Positions 51,163 through 64,000 of a DNA stretch of 64,000 bases are shown piece after piece (position 1 is the stretch's first letter; every line of letters starts with the position of its first letter). The stretch spans positions 220,350,001 to 220,414,000 of the forward strand of contig NC_058368.1 of the NCBI RefSeq assembly GCF_018350175.1, read 5' to 3'. Source of the DNA: Felis catus. Lineage: Eukaryota. Below the pieces are notes generated by a model, which was given only the letters and a program-made list of their open reading frames with translations, made no database searches and was not told the DNA's origin. Position numbers and translations under genes: made by a program.

Positions 51163-51243
51163 GAGCCCCTGAGCCCCTCTTATGAAGGGGCCCCTCTTAT
51201 GAAGCCCTCTTATGAAGGCTAATACTGAGCCCCTCTTGTGAAG
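51163..51243. repeat. Irregular tandem microduplications of gcccctcttatgaag
   Basis: Four copies of ccctctt(a/g)tgaag plus partial gagcccct units. Confidence 0.85.
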
Positions 51244-51378
51244 CTGTTTCAGTGCTGGTCATTGAGTTCCCAAGAGTTCCCTGTCCCTGTCCTCACGAAG
51301 CTAAGAGTCTAAGAGATAGCCTAATGAGATAGCATGAGATATTAATGACTAATCTCAGAAGTATAAAAATATAAACTG

Positions 51379-51566
51379 AGGCTCAGTCGGTTAAGTGTCA
51401 GACTTCAGCTCAGGTCATGATCTCGCAGTTCATGGGTTCAAACCCCATGTCAGGCTCTGTGCTGATAGCTTAGAGCCCAGAGACTGTTTCAGATTCTGTG
51501 TCTCCAGCTCTCTCCGCCCCTCGCCCACTCACTCTCTCTCTCTCTCTCTCTCTCGCAAAAATTAAC

Positions 51567-51611
<45 letters not shown>
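51379..51611 (+). mobile_element. 5'-truncated Can-SINE with (TA)n tail
   Basis: TSD tataaactgagg (51370-51381, 51612-51623). Confidence 0.92.
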
Positions 51612-51622
<11 letters not shown>

Positions 51623-51739
51623 GGGTCTATTAAAACCTATAGGTAATATGAGATCTCGTTTGTTTTCACCATGTTTTCAATGCAATCTTTAAATTCCAAT
51701 ATAAAAAAATACTAAATCACAGACAGAACGATCTTCATT

Positions 51740-51928
51740 CTTTTTTAAATGTTTCTTTTTACAGAGTGTGCAAGCAGCGGACGGGCAGAGGCAGAGGGGA
51801 CAGAGTAGCTGAAGCAGGCTCCATGTTGACTATAGCCAGCCAGATGCAGGATTTGAACTCACAAACCTTGAGATCCTGACCTGAGCGGAAGTTCCCCGTG
51901 CTCTACAGCCTGAGCTACCCAGATGCCC
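51740..51928 (-). mobile_element. Can-SINE, older
   Basis: gaagcaggctcc...gaactcacaaaccttgagatcctgacctgagc...ctgagctacccagatgccc. Confidence 0.88.
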
Positions 51929-51961
51929 AAGGAATTGTCACTCTTTAAAGTGTACAGTGCT

Positions 51962-52200
51962 GGGGTGCCTGGGTGACTCGGCTGAGCGCTGGACTTCAGC
52001 TCAGGTCATGATCTCGGGGTTGGTGGGTTCGAGCCCGGCATTGGGCTATGTGCTACCAGCTCGGAGCCTGGAGCCTGCTTCTGATTCTGTGCCTCCCCCA
52101 CTCTCTGCGCCTCCCCTGTTCATAGTCTGTCTCTCTCTGTCTCAAAAATAAATAAAAACATTAAAAATTGTTTAAATAAATAATAAGGATTTAAAAAGTG
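51962..52200 (+). mobile_element. Can-SINE inserted at the U6 retrocopy junction
   Basis: Flanked by aagtgtacagtgct / aagtgta-agtgct. Confidence 0.92.
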
Positions 52201-52208
52201 AAGTGTAA

Positions 52209-52237
52209 GTGCTTGCTTCGGCAGCACATATACTAAA
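52209..52237 (+). pseudogene. RNU6: 3'-truncated (tailless) U6 snRNA retropseudogene, nt 1-29
   Basis: gtgcttgcttcggcagcacatatactaaa equals the U6 5' end GTGCTCGCTTCGGCAGCACATATACTAAA with one CpG transition; flanked by aagtgta repeats. Confidence 0.93.
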
Positions 52238-52904
52238 GTGTAGAGATCTTTGTAGGAATAATCAATTATATATAGTCTTCTAGGTACCACTGCATTAAAT
52301 CATAAGGACAAAAAAGAGCGAAAGATAAAACAAAATAATTTAAATAAAAAAAGTATAATGGATAACATCAGGATACCGTGGTAAAGTTTTATGCTCCAAG
52401 AATTTCATCCCTTCTTTTAATCAATTAATAAACAACAGCAAAACCCTGAGTGTATAGATGTATGAGAGCATTCCATTAAATCACAAATATTTAAATTCTT
52501 TTTAATTTTTTTAAAATAGTGGACATGTCAATTTTATTATTCTATATCGTTAGTCTTCTGATGAGGATTTTTAGATTTTATTTTTGAAGTTGAGGGAAAT
52601 TATATGTACATTACACTACACTATAATTTTTTCCAGATGCCCCATAAGCTATGAAAAGTATGAGATAATTCGTTTTAAGAAAATCCCTCTCTCTCTAATT
52701 TTGGATATTATATTTATTATTTTATGTGTTTGGATCACCTGTTCAGACCTTCCGTGTTTTACCTGAAATCTACGAAATCAAATGTAGCTGGCATTTCTGT
52801 ATAGATATTTCCGTAAGTTAAAGAAAATGATTTATAGAAGAGTGTGGTTTTCTAGAGCTGTCCATCCAGACGAAAAGCATATTGAAATAGCCCAGGATTC
52901 TTCT

Positions 52905-53200
52905 ATTCATTCCTTCTACAAATATTTAATGAGCACTTATTATGAATCATATATTCGACTAAAATTTAAAAATATGTAATTTATACAAATTTATACGTAA
53001 ATTACATACAATTTATGCATATTTTCAGAGCTTGTCTTGAACAAGCATATATTAATAGGCAAGAAAGATAATAAACCAGCTGTGATAAAATGGTGCATGG
53101 TTTTAATAGAGGATAAAATGTTATTCTTCTTGAACATATTGCAATGTAGTATGTAGACAGTGGAATCATGGGTAGGATTCCTTATGAAAGTGACAATGAG
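52905..53200 (-). mobile_element. L2 3' end fragment, antisense
   Basis: attcattccttctacaaatatttaatgagcacttattatg. Confidence 0.65.
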
Positions 53201-53224
53201 TCCAATAATAATGTGAGTTTGCCT

Positions 53225-53650
53225 GGCGTGAAAGATTAAATTATTGCCCCAAGTCTTCACTCCCTTTTTGTAATAAAATTCTTAACATTTGCCTTATGAC
53301 TTTAAAGTGCCTCCAGGAGAGAATGCAAATATTAAAACCACATCACATTGATGAGGGCCTGGCCAGATGATTACTGTGGCCAATTATAGGATGTTCGGAG
53401 ACATGACATGAACTTCTGCTTAAAATATGCTTTTGTAGCTTTTATTTTGTGCTTTGGCTTAGCTCTTATCTTTCCACCAACTACCTTGGAAAGAATATAA
53501 CCCAAGGGGCTGCGAATCCCAAAATGGGTGACTTATGGAGCACACCTAAACCAAATATGTAACCGTAAGTGAGAAATATAAATGCTTGTAGTTGTGTGCC
53601 ATTGAGATTTGGGATTTGTTGTGAAACATTATCATTACACACACCTAAAA
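53225..53650 (+). mobile_element. MaLR LTR, MLT1H-like
   Basis: cattgatgagggcctggccagatgattactgtggccaat...gtgagaaatataaatgcttgtagttgtgtgccattgagatttggga. Confidence 0.75.
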
Positions 53651-53949
53651 AAATATGTCAACAATAACATCAGTGTTAGATAATTCTGCAATGAGGAAAT
53701 TCTGTGATAAACAATGTGGGGAAAAAATTGAACACTGAAGAGTACAGAAAGAAAAAAAAGTCCAAATAAAAAAAGTCTCAAGGTCGATCATGAGATGTAA
53801 TACATATAATTGTTATTATTTACTGAATGCTTGCCATATGCCAATGTAATTTAAAGTGCTTTTATATATAGCTAAGCATGATCTATTTTGATTAGTGTTT
53901 TTATTACATATCTTTTTTTTTCCACCCCATTTAACATATTTTAGATTTA

Positions 53950-55780
53950 TATGGAAGTTGTAATGGTTATAGGCAGCATAAAATTACTTTGTTTTTAAAA
54001 TCCACTATGGCAACCTTTTTATTTTAGTTAGTGGTTTAATTCATTTATAATTATTCTAATTACTGATACACTTGTGTTCAAATACACTTTTATTTTTATG
54101 ATTTTTCCCCTCCTTTCCTCCATTCTTTCAGATGTACTATTTTTTAAGTTTTCCATTTTCCTTTCTGATAACTTGTTAGTTATTGATTGTTTTAGTTTTA
54201 CTTAATTATTTACCTAAAACTTATAAGATACAACCTTGAGTCATTTAAAGTAAAATAAAATTAAAATGTTTCCACATTGCAGAAAATGCAGGTGTATTAG
54301 AATTCTTAGAACACTTTGTTTCCAAATATTTCCCCATACCTTTTGTTCTTATGTATGTACTTTATGTGTGTCTGTATATACATACATATACAGTTGATCC
54401 TTGAACAATGTGGGCGTTAGGGGCGTTGACTGCAGTGCAGTTGAAAATGTGCATATAACATATGACTCCTGAAAAACTTTACTAACAGCCTACTGTTGAC
54501 CAGAGCTTTACCAGGAACATAAACAGTCGACTGACACATATTTTGTACACTATACGTATTACATGCTGTATTCTTACAATAAAGTAAGCAACAGAAAAAA
54601 TGTTAAGCAAATCAAAAGAACGAGAAAATACATTTACACTACTGAACGGTGTTTATTGAAAGAAAATCTGCATACACGTGGACTCACAGTTCAAATCTAA
54701 GTTGTTCAAGGGTCCACTGTATATATAGTTTATGCATATAGTGTATGCATAAGTACATATAAAGCTCCATAAGACATGAATATTTCTTGCTAATTTTTTG
54801 ATCCACCCTCTTACCTACTCAGAATATCACTCCTCATGTCTTTCTCTATCCCCACGGTTCTCTCTGTCATTGTTTTCCAATGCTAGAAAATCTTCCCGCA
54901 GTATTTCCTTTCATCAGAGCCTTACACAGCTGACTTCTCCCAGCTTTTGTCTTCCTGAGAATTTACTTTGTCTTCATTTATGAATGATGTTTTCACGGGG
55001 TATTGAATTCGAGGTCGGCATTTCAAAGATGCCAGTCCATTGTGTGCCGCTTCTATTGTTTCTTTGGGGGAGTCTTTGAAGGTAATCGCCTTTTTACTGG
55101 CTTCTTTATTTTATTTTCTGGATGCCTTTATAATTTTCCTTTGTTTTTGTTTCTGGCAGTTTCACTATGATATTTTGGTTTCTGGGTTTTTTCCCTCCCT
55201 TTCGGTTTGCTTTTGGTTATTTTCTTGTTGCATGCCTGCCTATTTTTGCCGAAGACCCAGAAATTACATTTGAAACATTGCATGACAATTTAAAACTCTA
55301 ATTGTTTTTTCCTTTAAAAATGTTTGTTTCAAGAGTCAATTAAGCATCTGCAGTTTACCTAAACTGACACTGACATGATCTGAAGCTGGCGTCAATTACA
55401 GAGAGTCCCGGGCTCCTTTCCATTCATCCAATCTAACGCATATCACTGGAGGGTCCCAATCAAAATTTTGGTATGTAATCCAGGACCCTTCTCTTAGACT
55501 GGCCTTGAATTCCCATTTCTGTTCTCTCATCAACACTGTGCAACTGTTCAAAACTCTGTCAAGTTCCTCAGTCTCCCCACTTCTGGTGACTTCAGCTTCT
55601 CAGAGTCCCATCCTCCTTAGAGTGAATCCTTGATTGGGAAAGTGGAGTCAGGAGGCTGCCTCAGCAATCTGGGCTTCCCTTCCCTCCCCGAGAGTGGACC
55701 CGTAGGACTTCAGGGATGTGAACTTCACGATGAGTGTGCTTAACAGTATATGTTATTTTTCAGTTGTTTCTGCTTAGACG
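53950..55780 (-). mobile_element. Old L1 (ORF1/5' region) remnants, antisense
   Basis: aatccactatggcaacctt...tttaattcatttata; agtatttcctttcatcagagcc...cagcttttgtcttcctgagaat...gatgttttcacggggtattgaattc. Confidence 0.65.
54391..54719. mobile_element. Tigger2a/MER28-like TcMar MITE
   Basis: TIRs cagttgatccttgaacaa / ttgttcaagggtccactg with TA target duplication on both sides. Confidence 0.92.
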
Positions 55781-56714
55781 TCTGTTCCATTCCTCATTTC
55801 CCTTTAGCTTTGAGCATGCAAAACAAATTCAAAAGGCATAAAATTATAACACAGAGATAAGATAATGATAGGCACACAGTTCCTACATTTTGGTGAAAAG
55901 TTCATTACAGAGTATTGTGGAAGAAACATTCCCTTCCCTTATAAAATTAAATTCATAATAAAATACACGACTTAGAGTGCGCTTTTAACATAAGCTAATT
56001 TACAATTCTGGACTATACCATAGATATTTCATGAATGTTTGTTGGAATAGAGTAATTTTAACTCAAAGCATACTAAACTGATTTCATAGGCATTTATTTC
56101 CATACTATCTCTAACACCAAACATCTGTTTTACAAATTGCTTTGCCCAAAAGTATAGGTTAAATATATTCCTGGCCCAAAGTAAAGGCTTAGTAATTGTT
56201 TGTTTCATGCTTTATTTTCAATGTATAGATTTAAGCTTAGTTTTTATTTTATCCTTTTGCCTATAGGAAGTGCTTAGTAAGTGTTGATTAAAGGAACTTG
56301 AGGATAATTTAAGTGAAAATAATAAGACTGTGTTCTAAGGTATGTTGTAGTAAGATGCTTTGGATTTAAGTGAAAGAAAACAAGGCTTCCTAAAAACAAA
56401 ACATTGGAATGACAGAGAATAGGAAACCCTTCAAAAGAAGTAGGTAAACTGTATTACACATCCTTTCAGGAAGGACATATAAACTGTGTGAGAAAGGAAT
56501 GAATTTCTTTTAGGTACTGGGGTCAGCGTGACTCATCTTCATCTACCACCCACTCATGTTCAGCCCAACTCAGGATTCCCAGGAGAGAGGGACAGAATCC
56601 GACCATACCCGGTTGAGTCATGTGATTTAACTGTCATATGTGCTGTTATATGTATTGTACTGAAACTCAGTAATAGGTATTGTGGAGTTGGTATATCTGT
56701 ATATACATAACCGT

Positions 56715-57215
56715 TGTCTTGGTCAATTCTGCCTGTTTCATGACAAAGTACCATAGACTATCTAGGTGACTTACAAAGAACAGAAATTTAGTTCTCACAA
56801 TTCTAGAGGGTGGAGGTACAAAAACATGGCACCAGCATGGTCTATTTGTGATGAGAGCCCTCTCCAGGGTTGCCAACTTCTCACTGGATCCTCACACAGG
56901 GGAAAGGCTGAGGAAGCTCTCCCGGGTCTCTTTTAAAAGGGCACAGATTTAGGGGCTCAGCCACTTAAGCATCCAACTTCAGCTCAGGTGATGATCTCAT
57001 GACTCCCATGGGTGTGAGCCCCACATCAGGTTCTGTGCTGACAGCTCAGATCCTGGAGCCAGCTTCAGATTCTGTGTTTCCCTCTCTCTCTCAGCCCCTC
57101 CCCTGCTCTCTCTTTCTCTCTTTCTCTCTCAAAAATAAATAAAACATTAAAAATAAAAGGGCATTGATTTCATTCCTGAGGGCTCCATCATCATAATGTG
57201 ATTATCTCCCAAAGG
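56715..57215 (-). mobile_element. MaLR LTR, MLT1A-like, split by a SINE
   Basis: acaaagtaccatagact...aacagaaatttagttctcacaattctagagg...gagggctccatcatcataat...ctcccaaagg. Confidence 0.85.
56952..57155 (+). mobile_element. Can-SINE
   Basis: Imperfect TSD (aaa)gggcacagattt / aaaagggcattgattt. Confidence 0.92.
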
Positions 57216-57335
57216 TAATTCTGCGTATTCTAGTCAACATGTTCAGGTACACAATCTTCATTACATTATTCTGTTTAAATTCAAATTATTTTTGTATTGA
57301 TAATGAGCTTTATTCCAACGTAATAGTAGCATTAA

Positions 57336-57503
57336 GGAGCACCTCAGTGGTTCAGTCAGTTAAGCGTCCATCAGTCTCTTGATTTCAGCTCAGGTCATGA
57401 TCTCACAGTTTGTGAGTTTGAGCCCCACATTGGGCTCTGTGCTGACAGTACAGTGCCTGCTTGGGATTCTCTCTCCCCTGCTCTCTGCCCCTCCCCTACT
57501 CAA

Positions 57504-57543
<40 letters not shown>

Positions 57544-57568
57544 TAAAAATAAATAAACACTAAAAAAA
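57336..57568 (+). mobile_element. Can-SINE
   Basis: TSD atagtagc(a/c)ttaa. Confidence 0.92.
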
Positions 57569-57734
57569 TAGTAGCCTTAAACCATTTACAGTTAAGTCAC
57601 ATGGAGTGTTTTCTTGAATATATGCGCCATGAGAATCTGTCTGGTAATTAATAGAATAGATACAAAAATTAGATCTTAAAAGAGTATTCTGAGGAGTACT
57701 GAAAACTATCTATCTGTTCTAGAGGTGATATAGT

Positions 57735-58150
57735 GTAACTGGAACCTGGAAATCATAATTTATCAGATATGTAACTATTGGAATACTACTTAAGGGGCAC
57801 ATGGGTGGCTCAGTTGGTTAAGCATCTGACTTTGAAATCGGCTCAGGCCATGATTTCATGCTTTGTGGGATGGATCCCCGCATCAGGCTCTGTGCTGACA
57901 GGTAGAACCTGCTTGGGATTCTCTCTTTCCCTCTCTCTCTCTCTGCCCCTACCCTGCTCTCACCCTCCCTCTCTTCCTCCCCCTCTCTCTCTATCTCTCT
58001 CTCAACATAAATAAACTCCTGAAACTTTTCAAAAATACTACTTAATTTCCTTAAGCCTTATATTCCTCATCTATAAAATGTTAATAGTGATAAAAGTTAC
58101 ACTATAGAACTGTACAATGAATTAAATGAAATAATATTTTTAAGCTGCCT
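57735..58150 (+). mobile_element. MIR, split by a SINE
   Basis: MIR core ttcctcatctataaaatg...aatag...gaattaaatgaaataat. Confidence 0.75.
57794..58015 (+). mobile_element. Can-SINE
   Basis: TSD aatactacttaa (57782-57793, 58034-58045). Confidence 0.92.
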
Positions 58151-58604
58151 AAGGTTTGCTGTGGTAGTAAGGACATACTAAATTACCGGAGCTAAGTTAA
58201 ATATTTAACTTAATATTTAATTATCATATAATTCAACTGTATAATTTAATACTTAAATATTCTTAAATTAGCATTTATTACTAGTATTGTTTAACTCACT
58301 AGTACTGACACTTACTCTGGTCACTGAGTGAGGCCGCTGAACTCTTTTCTAATGGGAGGTGCAGTCTACCTAAAACACCTTGCATTATAAATATCATGTT
58401 CACACATTAGCACTGTATAGTTTTAGGCAGAGAGAAAATTCTGCAGCATAGATCCATCAAGATGAAATGTTTGATTTTCTATTAAATGTGTGCAGAGCTC
58501 ACGTGTGAAATCACATTTTCGAATTCTCTTACTGGACAATGCTATCACATGCTTGCCATCATCAGACCCCAAATAGACATCTGTGCTTCATGGGGTTTTT
58601 AATG

Positions 58605-58607
<3 letters not shown>

Positions 58608-58651
<44 letters not shown>
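58608..58651. repeat. (TA)n microsatellite
   Basis: Directly visible. Confidence 0.95.
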
Positions 58652-58655
<4 letters not shown>

Positions 58656-61439
58656 AGCAAGGCAGTGTGACCCTTATTACTGGTGAAATAGGTAGAAAGG
58701 ATTTCACTATTCAATATCAAGAGCACTTGCTTCTATAATGTTCAATGCAGAGAAAATGTAAAAAGACATCAGCTTTAAGCACAAGACCAGTATCGGAACT
58801 CACAATGAAGGTTCTAAATGACAGTAACTCATCGAATCAGGTGAACCATTTGATATCTGACAACTTTAAGGTGGTGTTAAACCACAGGAAATTGAAACAT
58901 TAAACTTTCTGGTAGTTACAAGCCATGATGGCCCTAACAAATCACCACAGGATATTTCCAATGACACATAATAGCTCATAATTCGTATCCCTGAAAGGAG
59001 AAAGAGCTGAGGCTTGTGTTGCCGCATGTGTTTCAGCGGTCTCCATGCTCTCTCCTCCTTTGGCACTTGTGCTTAGAAATGTATGGAGCTACTGCATACT
59101 TACCGTGTGAGGAGGAAGACTTTGAGAAATTAATACACTGCAGGCCAAATTGTTTTGTAATGCAGGTGATCTTAGGTGAAAAATTATGCCTCAGAATATT
59201 TCTGTTTTCATTCTTTTTTGGCAGGCCTAATATAAACTCGGTGTCTTCTGAAATCCACATAATAAAAAACAGATTGCATTTCCTAAAACTAGGTGCACAG
59301 ATCTATAAATAAGTGTCTCAGGAGACAATTTTTGTACAATAGTCACTTTAAAAAAGAAAAGATGTTGTACACATCACCTCCCTTTACCAGAAATGTTCCT
59401 CCATCTAACTACTTTATTATTGTTGTATTAACATTAAAAATAATATTATTACTATCAGCATCTTATATAAGTAAAGCTTTAAAACCAACAGAACCTGAAA
59501 TGTTCTAATCGAAATTGCATAGTTTCATTTCATATTAATTACAGTATAGAGTGATTTATGTACTGTATCTCATAATCTAATGTAAAATTTTAGTAACTAT
59601 GATTAGGTTCCTGTGCAAATCACCCTGAAACTTAAAGACACTTTTCAGGTCAAATTGTATGTGATACCCTGTAAAACTCATTTAAAGTATTTTCATTTTT
59701 TCATTCTGTTGTTTCTTTCAAACAAGACCTTGGGAATAATAATTGGAAGAGTCATTTATTCACATATTCATTCATTCACTCATTCATTCATTCTTTCATG
59801 TTAAGGAGGCTTAGGGTTTTAAAGCACTGATAATGTGGTTTTTTGGGCATCCTTTCTATTTTTTTCTGGAACTTAACTTCAATTTAGCCAAAAACAACTT
59901 ACTTTCAGAAAATTTTTTGACAAGTGAAAGGAAATAGCAGGGGATATTACTTTTTCCTGATTGAAATTGGTAAAAGACTTCCCATCCAGACAACGGTGTA
60001 TATGGGGTGGTGAGAAAATATGTATTTAATATGAAGACTATTGTTTGCAACATATTCATTTCTTATAGTGAAGATTTTAGACTATTTTTATTACTTACAC
60101 ATTTAAAATAAAAAATGTAGTATATATTTTATAAGACAGAATGAAAATATTACCCCACAGTGTTCAGTATATCTTTGAATATTAATTTTAAGGAGAGATC
60201 TTTTAAATAAGATCTTGTCTTCCAAATTAGACAAAAAATAAAACATATAAGAGTAATGAGTAGTAATTTTTGTGGAAAAAATACTACAGTATTTCTAACC
60301 ACACAGAGTTAAGTACCATTACTAATAACAAATAAAAAATTTGAAAACAGATTGCTTTTATAAATATTTATCAGCACATTTAATGAAATGTTTGTTTAAT
60401 AAAAAAATGAAAATAATTTGTGTCGATGAATATGAAATCTTTCAACTTTGCAAATAATTACATTTCAAAGTATCTTAAAGCCAGTCAAGTGACTTTCTGC
60501 AAAATTCCAATGTTGTCTATTTTCAGTCACCAACAAACATTTTTGCAACCACTTAAAATATTAACAATACTTCTTGGATATAAATATTCACATTAAAATA
60601 AACAGAGTTGTTTATTTTAGTGAAGGGGCCATTTTTGAATAGTACGAAATTCAGTTCAGGAGTGTAAGAGCTCTTTTGTCACAAGAAATCCATGTGAAGC
60701 ACACAGCTGTGGGGGGAACAGCTCTTTAGTGGCCCTGATGAGAAAACAGAAGCTAATCAGCTACGGTAGTTGTGTGCACCTGGGGATTTCGGAACACCTG
60801 TGGAAGAATAGGGTGATCATTGGGGAAGAGTTCGTTGGGTAGCAATTTACTTGCAAAGAAAGGCTGAGAAGTGAACAAGATGGCCCCAATCAAATTCTTA
60901 AAAATTCAATTTTTATTTAAAATAGCAGTCACAAGATTGCCAAAGTTAGCAGGTTTGTAAGAATTGTTCATGATGAAAATAAGAATTTCTGACATTGTAT
61001 CACATCTGTATCGGTGTTCAACAAATTTTAGACATCACAAAAGTAAGAATAAAGTTGGTTTATGGAGTCTAACCTCCATCCTTGATCAAAGGTGCCAAGT
61101 TGCATTGACTGAAAGACCTATATAAATAGGGTGACTTTGTGTTTTTTTGTTTCAGGATGCACATGTGAGTTTGCCAACTGATATATATGCACACTTAACT
61201 ATCCATAAGGCAGCAGCATCTTAAACCACAGTGTTCTTTTAGTTTCTATGACAACATCTCTTTCAATTGGCCTCTTACCTCTTTAGCCACTTCTCTTCTT
61301 TCCTGATGTTTTTTTATCTCTCCTTGATCTATGAGTCTTTTTAGCTTCTATTTTGTTGTTTGGATTTTCATGTTGCTGTTGGTAAATTTTTGTTTGTTTT
61401 TAGGCCTCAATTCTCACATAATGGACAAACAGTGCCTCA

Positions 61440-62545
61440 AACACAGGATATCGTTTTTACATAAATGAAACCATACTCATTTTCTCTTTCATGTCTGGTT
61501 CATTTTGTTCAGTGTTATATTTGGGATATCTACTTCTATTGACATATGTAGTAATAGGTCATTTATTTGATTGATGTATAGCATTCCATTCTAGGAATAA
61601 TTAGTGTCTTTTACTGGCAGGCATTTGGAGAATTTTCAATGCTTTGGCCACTATGGACATTCTAAAATATACCTAATTGTAAACACATTTTTCTTGTGGA
61701 TCTCTATCTCCATGTGGAATTTTGTGTCATATGTTCTGCTTTAATAGATACAGCCAGGAAGACTTTCCATGTTGTTATAGATACTCCCACCACCAAAGTA
61801 GAATTTTGGCTTTTCCACCTCATCACCTTACTTGGCATTGGCTTTCTTTTTCGTTTTTGCCATTCTGATGAGTACATTGTTGTAGTTGAAATTTTCCCTT
61901 TCCTCACAACTCTGTTAACCATTTTCGTCTTTTGCCCATGTCCATATTGGATTTTCTTTCTCATTCACTTTTTCAGATTGTTTGTATGGTCTCGATATAC
62001 TTTACTGGAAACGTGAACAGTGTCATTGTCCCTAAACTGTACCTTACCTATTACTCTTTTAGTTGTGTCTTTTGATACAAGAAGTTTGTAATCTTAATGC
62101 AATACAATTTATCAATCCTTTTTCTTTCCAGGTCAATGCATTTTGTTTCTTGTTTAAGAACATTTTGCCTACTCGGCGCCTGGGTGGCTCAGTTGGTTAA
62201 ACATCGAACTCTTGATATCATCTCAGGTCTTGATCTCATGGTTGTGAGTTCAAGCTCCACATTGGGCTCCTCACTGGGCATGAAGCCTACTTAAGAAAAA
62301 GAACACTTTGCCTACTCCAAGACCACAAAAATATTATCTTTTCCTCCAAGTCATCATTGTTTGCTTTTCACGTCTAGGTCTAAATCCATCTGAAATTAAT
62401 TTTTTTGCATTTGGTATGAAGTAGTGGCCAAGATTGATTTTTTTTGCTTTTTTGCCTGATAGATATCTGATTGACTCAGTTCTATTTACTGAAAACACCA
62501 TCATTTCCTTATAGCACTACACTGTCACTTATATCATTAATCGGG
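61440..62545 (-). mobile_element. Old L1 (L1ME/MC-like) 3' region, antisense
   Basis: acataaatgaaaccatac...tgatgtatagcattccatt...actcccaccaccaaagta...ttaagaacattttgcctactc...tctaggtctaaatccatctgaaattaattttt. Confidence 0.8.
62174..62298 (+). mobile_element. Short tRNA-derived carnivore SINE (no CT tract)
   Basis: ggcgcctgggtggctcagttggttaa...gagttcaagc...gaagcctacttaagaaaaa; TSD aagaaca(t/c)tttgcctactc. Confidence 0.88.
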
Positions 62546-64000
62546 ACTGACATATATAGTCCTCTTCTTTAGAGTTGGAGAGTGTTGGTTTAAGAACTCA
62601 CATTTAATTATGTCACAAAGTACAGTCTGAAGGGTAGATCTAATTGAAAAAGCACACAAGTAGGGGACATCACCCACAGAGCACAGAGCATGATGGTAAT
62701 TGGAGGGAGATAGAGTGGAAAGAGGGAGGCTATGTATTTAAACCACAATTCCAATCTGATTTAAGAACTCTCCAGATATAGGACAGGAGCAGAAGTGCAA
62801 AAAAAAGTCAGCAGTGAGTAACTTTAAGATTAGTATAGCAAAAGAGTAAAGTTGATTTTAAAATTCTTAATGACATGGTAAGTTTTATGTATATTGTCTA
62901 TAAGTTCTGGTGTACAGCATAAGTAGGATTGTCCAGGCACAATTTGAAAAAAACAAAACAAAACAACAACAACAAACCTGAACTCAGATTGGAGATCATT
63001 TGCATAGAGATGGTTATTGAAGTTTTGAGAGTGGGGGAAATACTGAAATTAGAGAATAAATAGTAAAACCAGAATATCAATATAACCATACTCCTTGTAT
63101 TCATTCATTCTTCACAAATAATAGTTATTATAGTCAGATTTTGCCACTATGAGGATGGTTATATATTACCTATTAATCAAGAGTCAATTAGGGATGATTT
63201 TCTCTTCCATTTCATATTTGCCACATAAACCATTATGCATAGATCAGTATGCATGATTATAAAAGGGAAGGAGTCTATTTAGAAGTCTCGCACATCATTT
63301 AAATTTCAAATCTAATTCTATTTATTACAACCTTGCCAGTGAAAATACCACCACCAATAATGACAAAAAGTATTTTGTTTGCTATCATTCTTAGAAGAAA
63401 TTGAACTGAAAATATTTCCATTCCTTGAGCAACTTGTAGCTTAAGGGATTGATTTATGCATTATTGGAGCAGGCAGCTGCTCTATTAATGTAATTTAAAG
63501 AAATCTAAGGAAGTCTCCCATGAATAAATTAACTCCCCGTTGGATCTTTTAAATTTCCAGCATTAGTAGTTTTCCCTGTGGTCTTTTTGTAGGAGAAGTA
63601 TATAGAGAGTTAGGCATTACATTTCCTTAGAGAGGTAACACATTATCTGGCTAATGAATTAACAGAGAACAATTCGTTGCACTTACCACCACTAGCCATA
63701 GTTGTGCATTAGATATCTGGATTCTGAAGGGAGTTGTAAAGTAGAAAACTTGGCACCATAAGCAACAGGAAAAGTCAGGATAGTCAGAGAATTTAAAGGC
63801 AGAGTTTTTCATGTGGATTTTGAAGTTGTGGCAAGAAAGGTCACGCAGAGAGAAACGAAACTGTGTGTGTGTTCATGTTTATGTATATGCAAACATACGT
63901 GCACACATACAAATCGGTTTATAATCCTTGTGTCATGTGTACTGGAACAAAATTTTATTAATCTTCTCCACATATGATAAAATTTACGATATTTATATTT

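Noticed and set aside
58193..58212. 20-bp perfect palindrome taagttaaatatttaactta
   Set aside because: Low-complexity AT context; likely a local quasi-palindrome correction with no evidence of function.
62174..62270. tRNA-like A/B boxes as a tRNA gene (also the heads of all other SINEs)
   Set aside because: Part of a tRNA-derived SINE with A tail and TSD; no complete cloverleaf.

Overview
AT-rich, repeat-dense mammalian non-coding DNA, almost certainly from a felid. It holds about 35 tRNA-derived carnivore SINEs, several with the young cat-type SINEC_Fc tail 'aaacgttgaaaaaa'. I find no intact protein-coding gene or convincing exon; the ORF-track entries are SINE, microsatellite or chance ORFs. 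Old L1, L2, MIR, MaLR (MLT1) and ERVL LTRs and DNA transposons fill much of the rest. The main find is a degraded endogenous bornavirus-like nucleoprotein element (EBLN) at about 33628-34510 (+). The ORF track does not show it, but manual frameshift-aware translation gives colinear blocks matching bornavirus N from a Kozak ATG to a C-terminal 'GLT*' followed by TAAAAA. Other notable items: a truncated LTR40/ERVL provirus with a tRNA-Ser-like PBS and protease/RNase H/integrase remnants (about 9510-12221, -); a tailless U6 retrocopy whose junction was hit again by a SINE; a SINE with an extra tail copy at its 5' end; a short interstitial telomeric array; and a recent ~316-bp tandem duplication. 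Repeat subfamily names and viral reference motifs are recalled from memory, not from database searches. Boundaries of old repeats are approximate.
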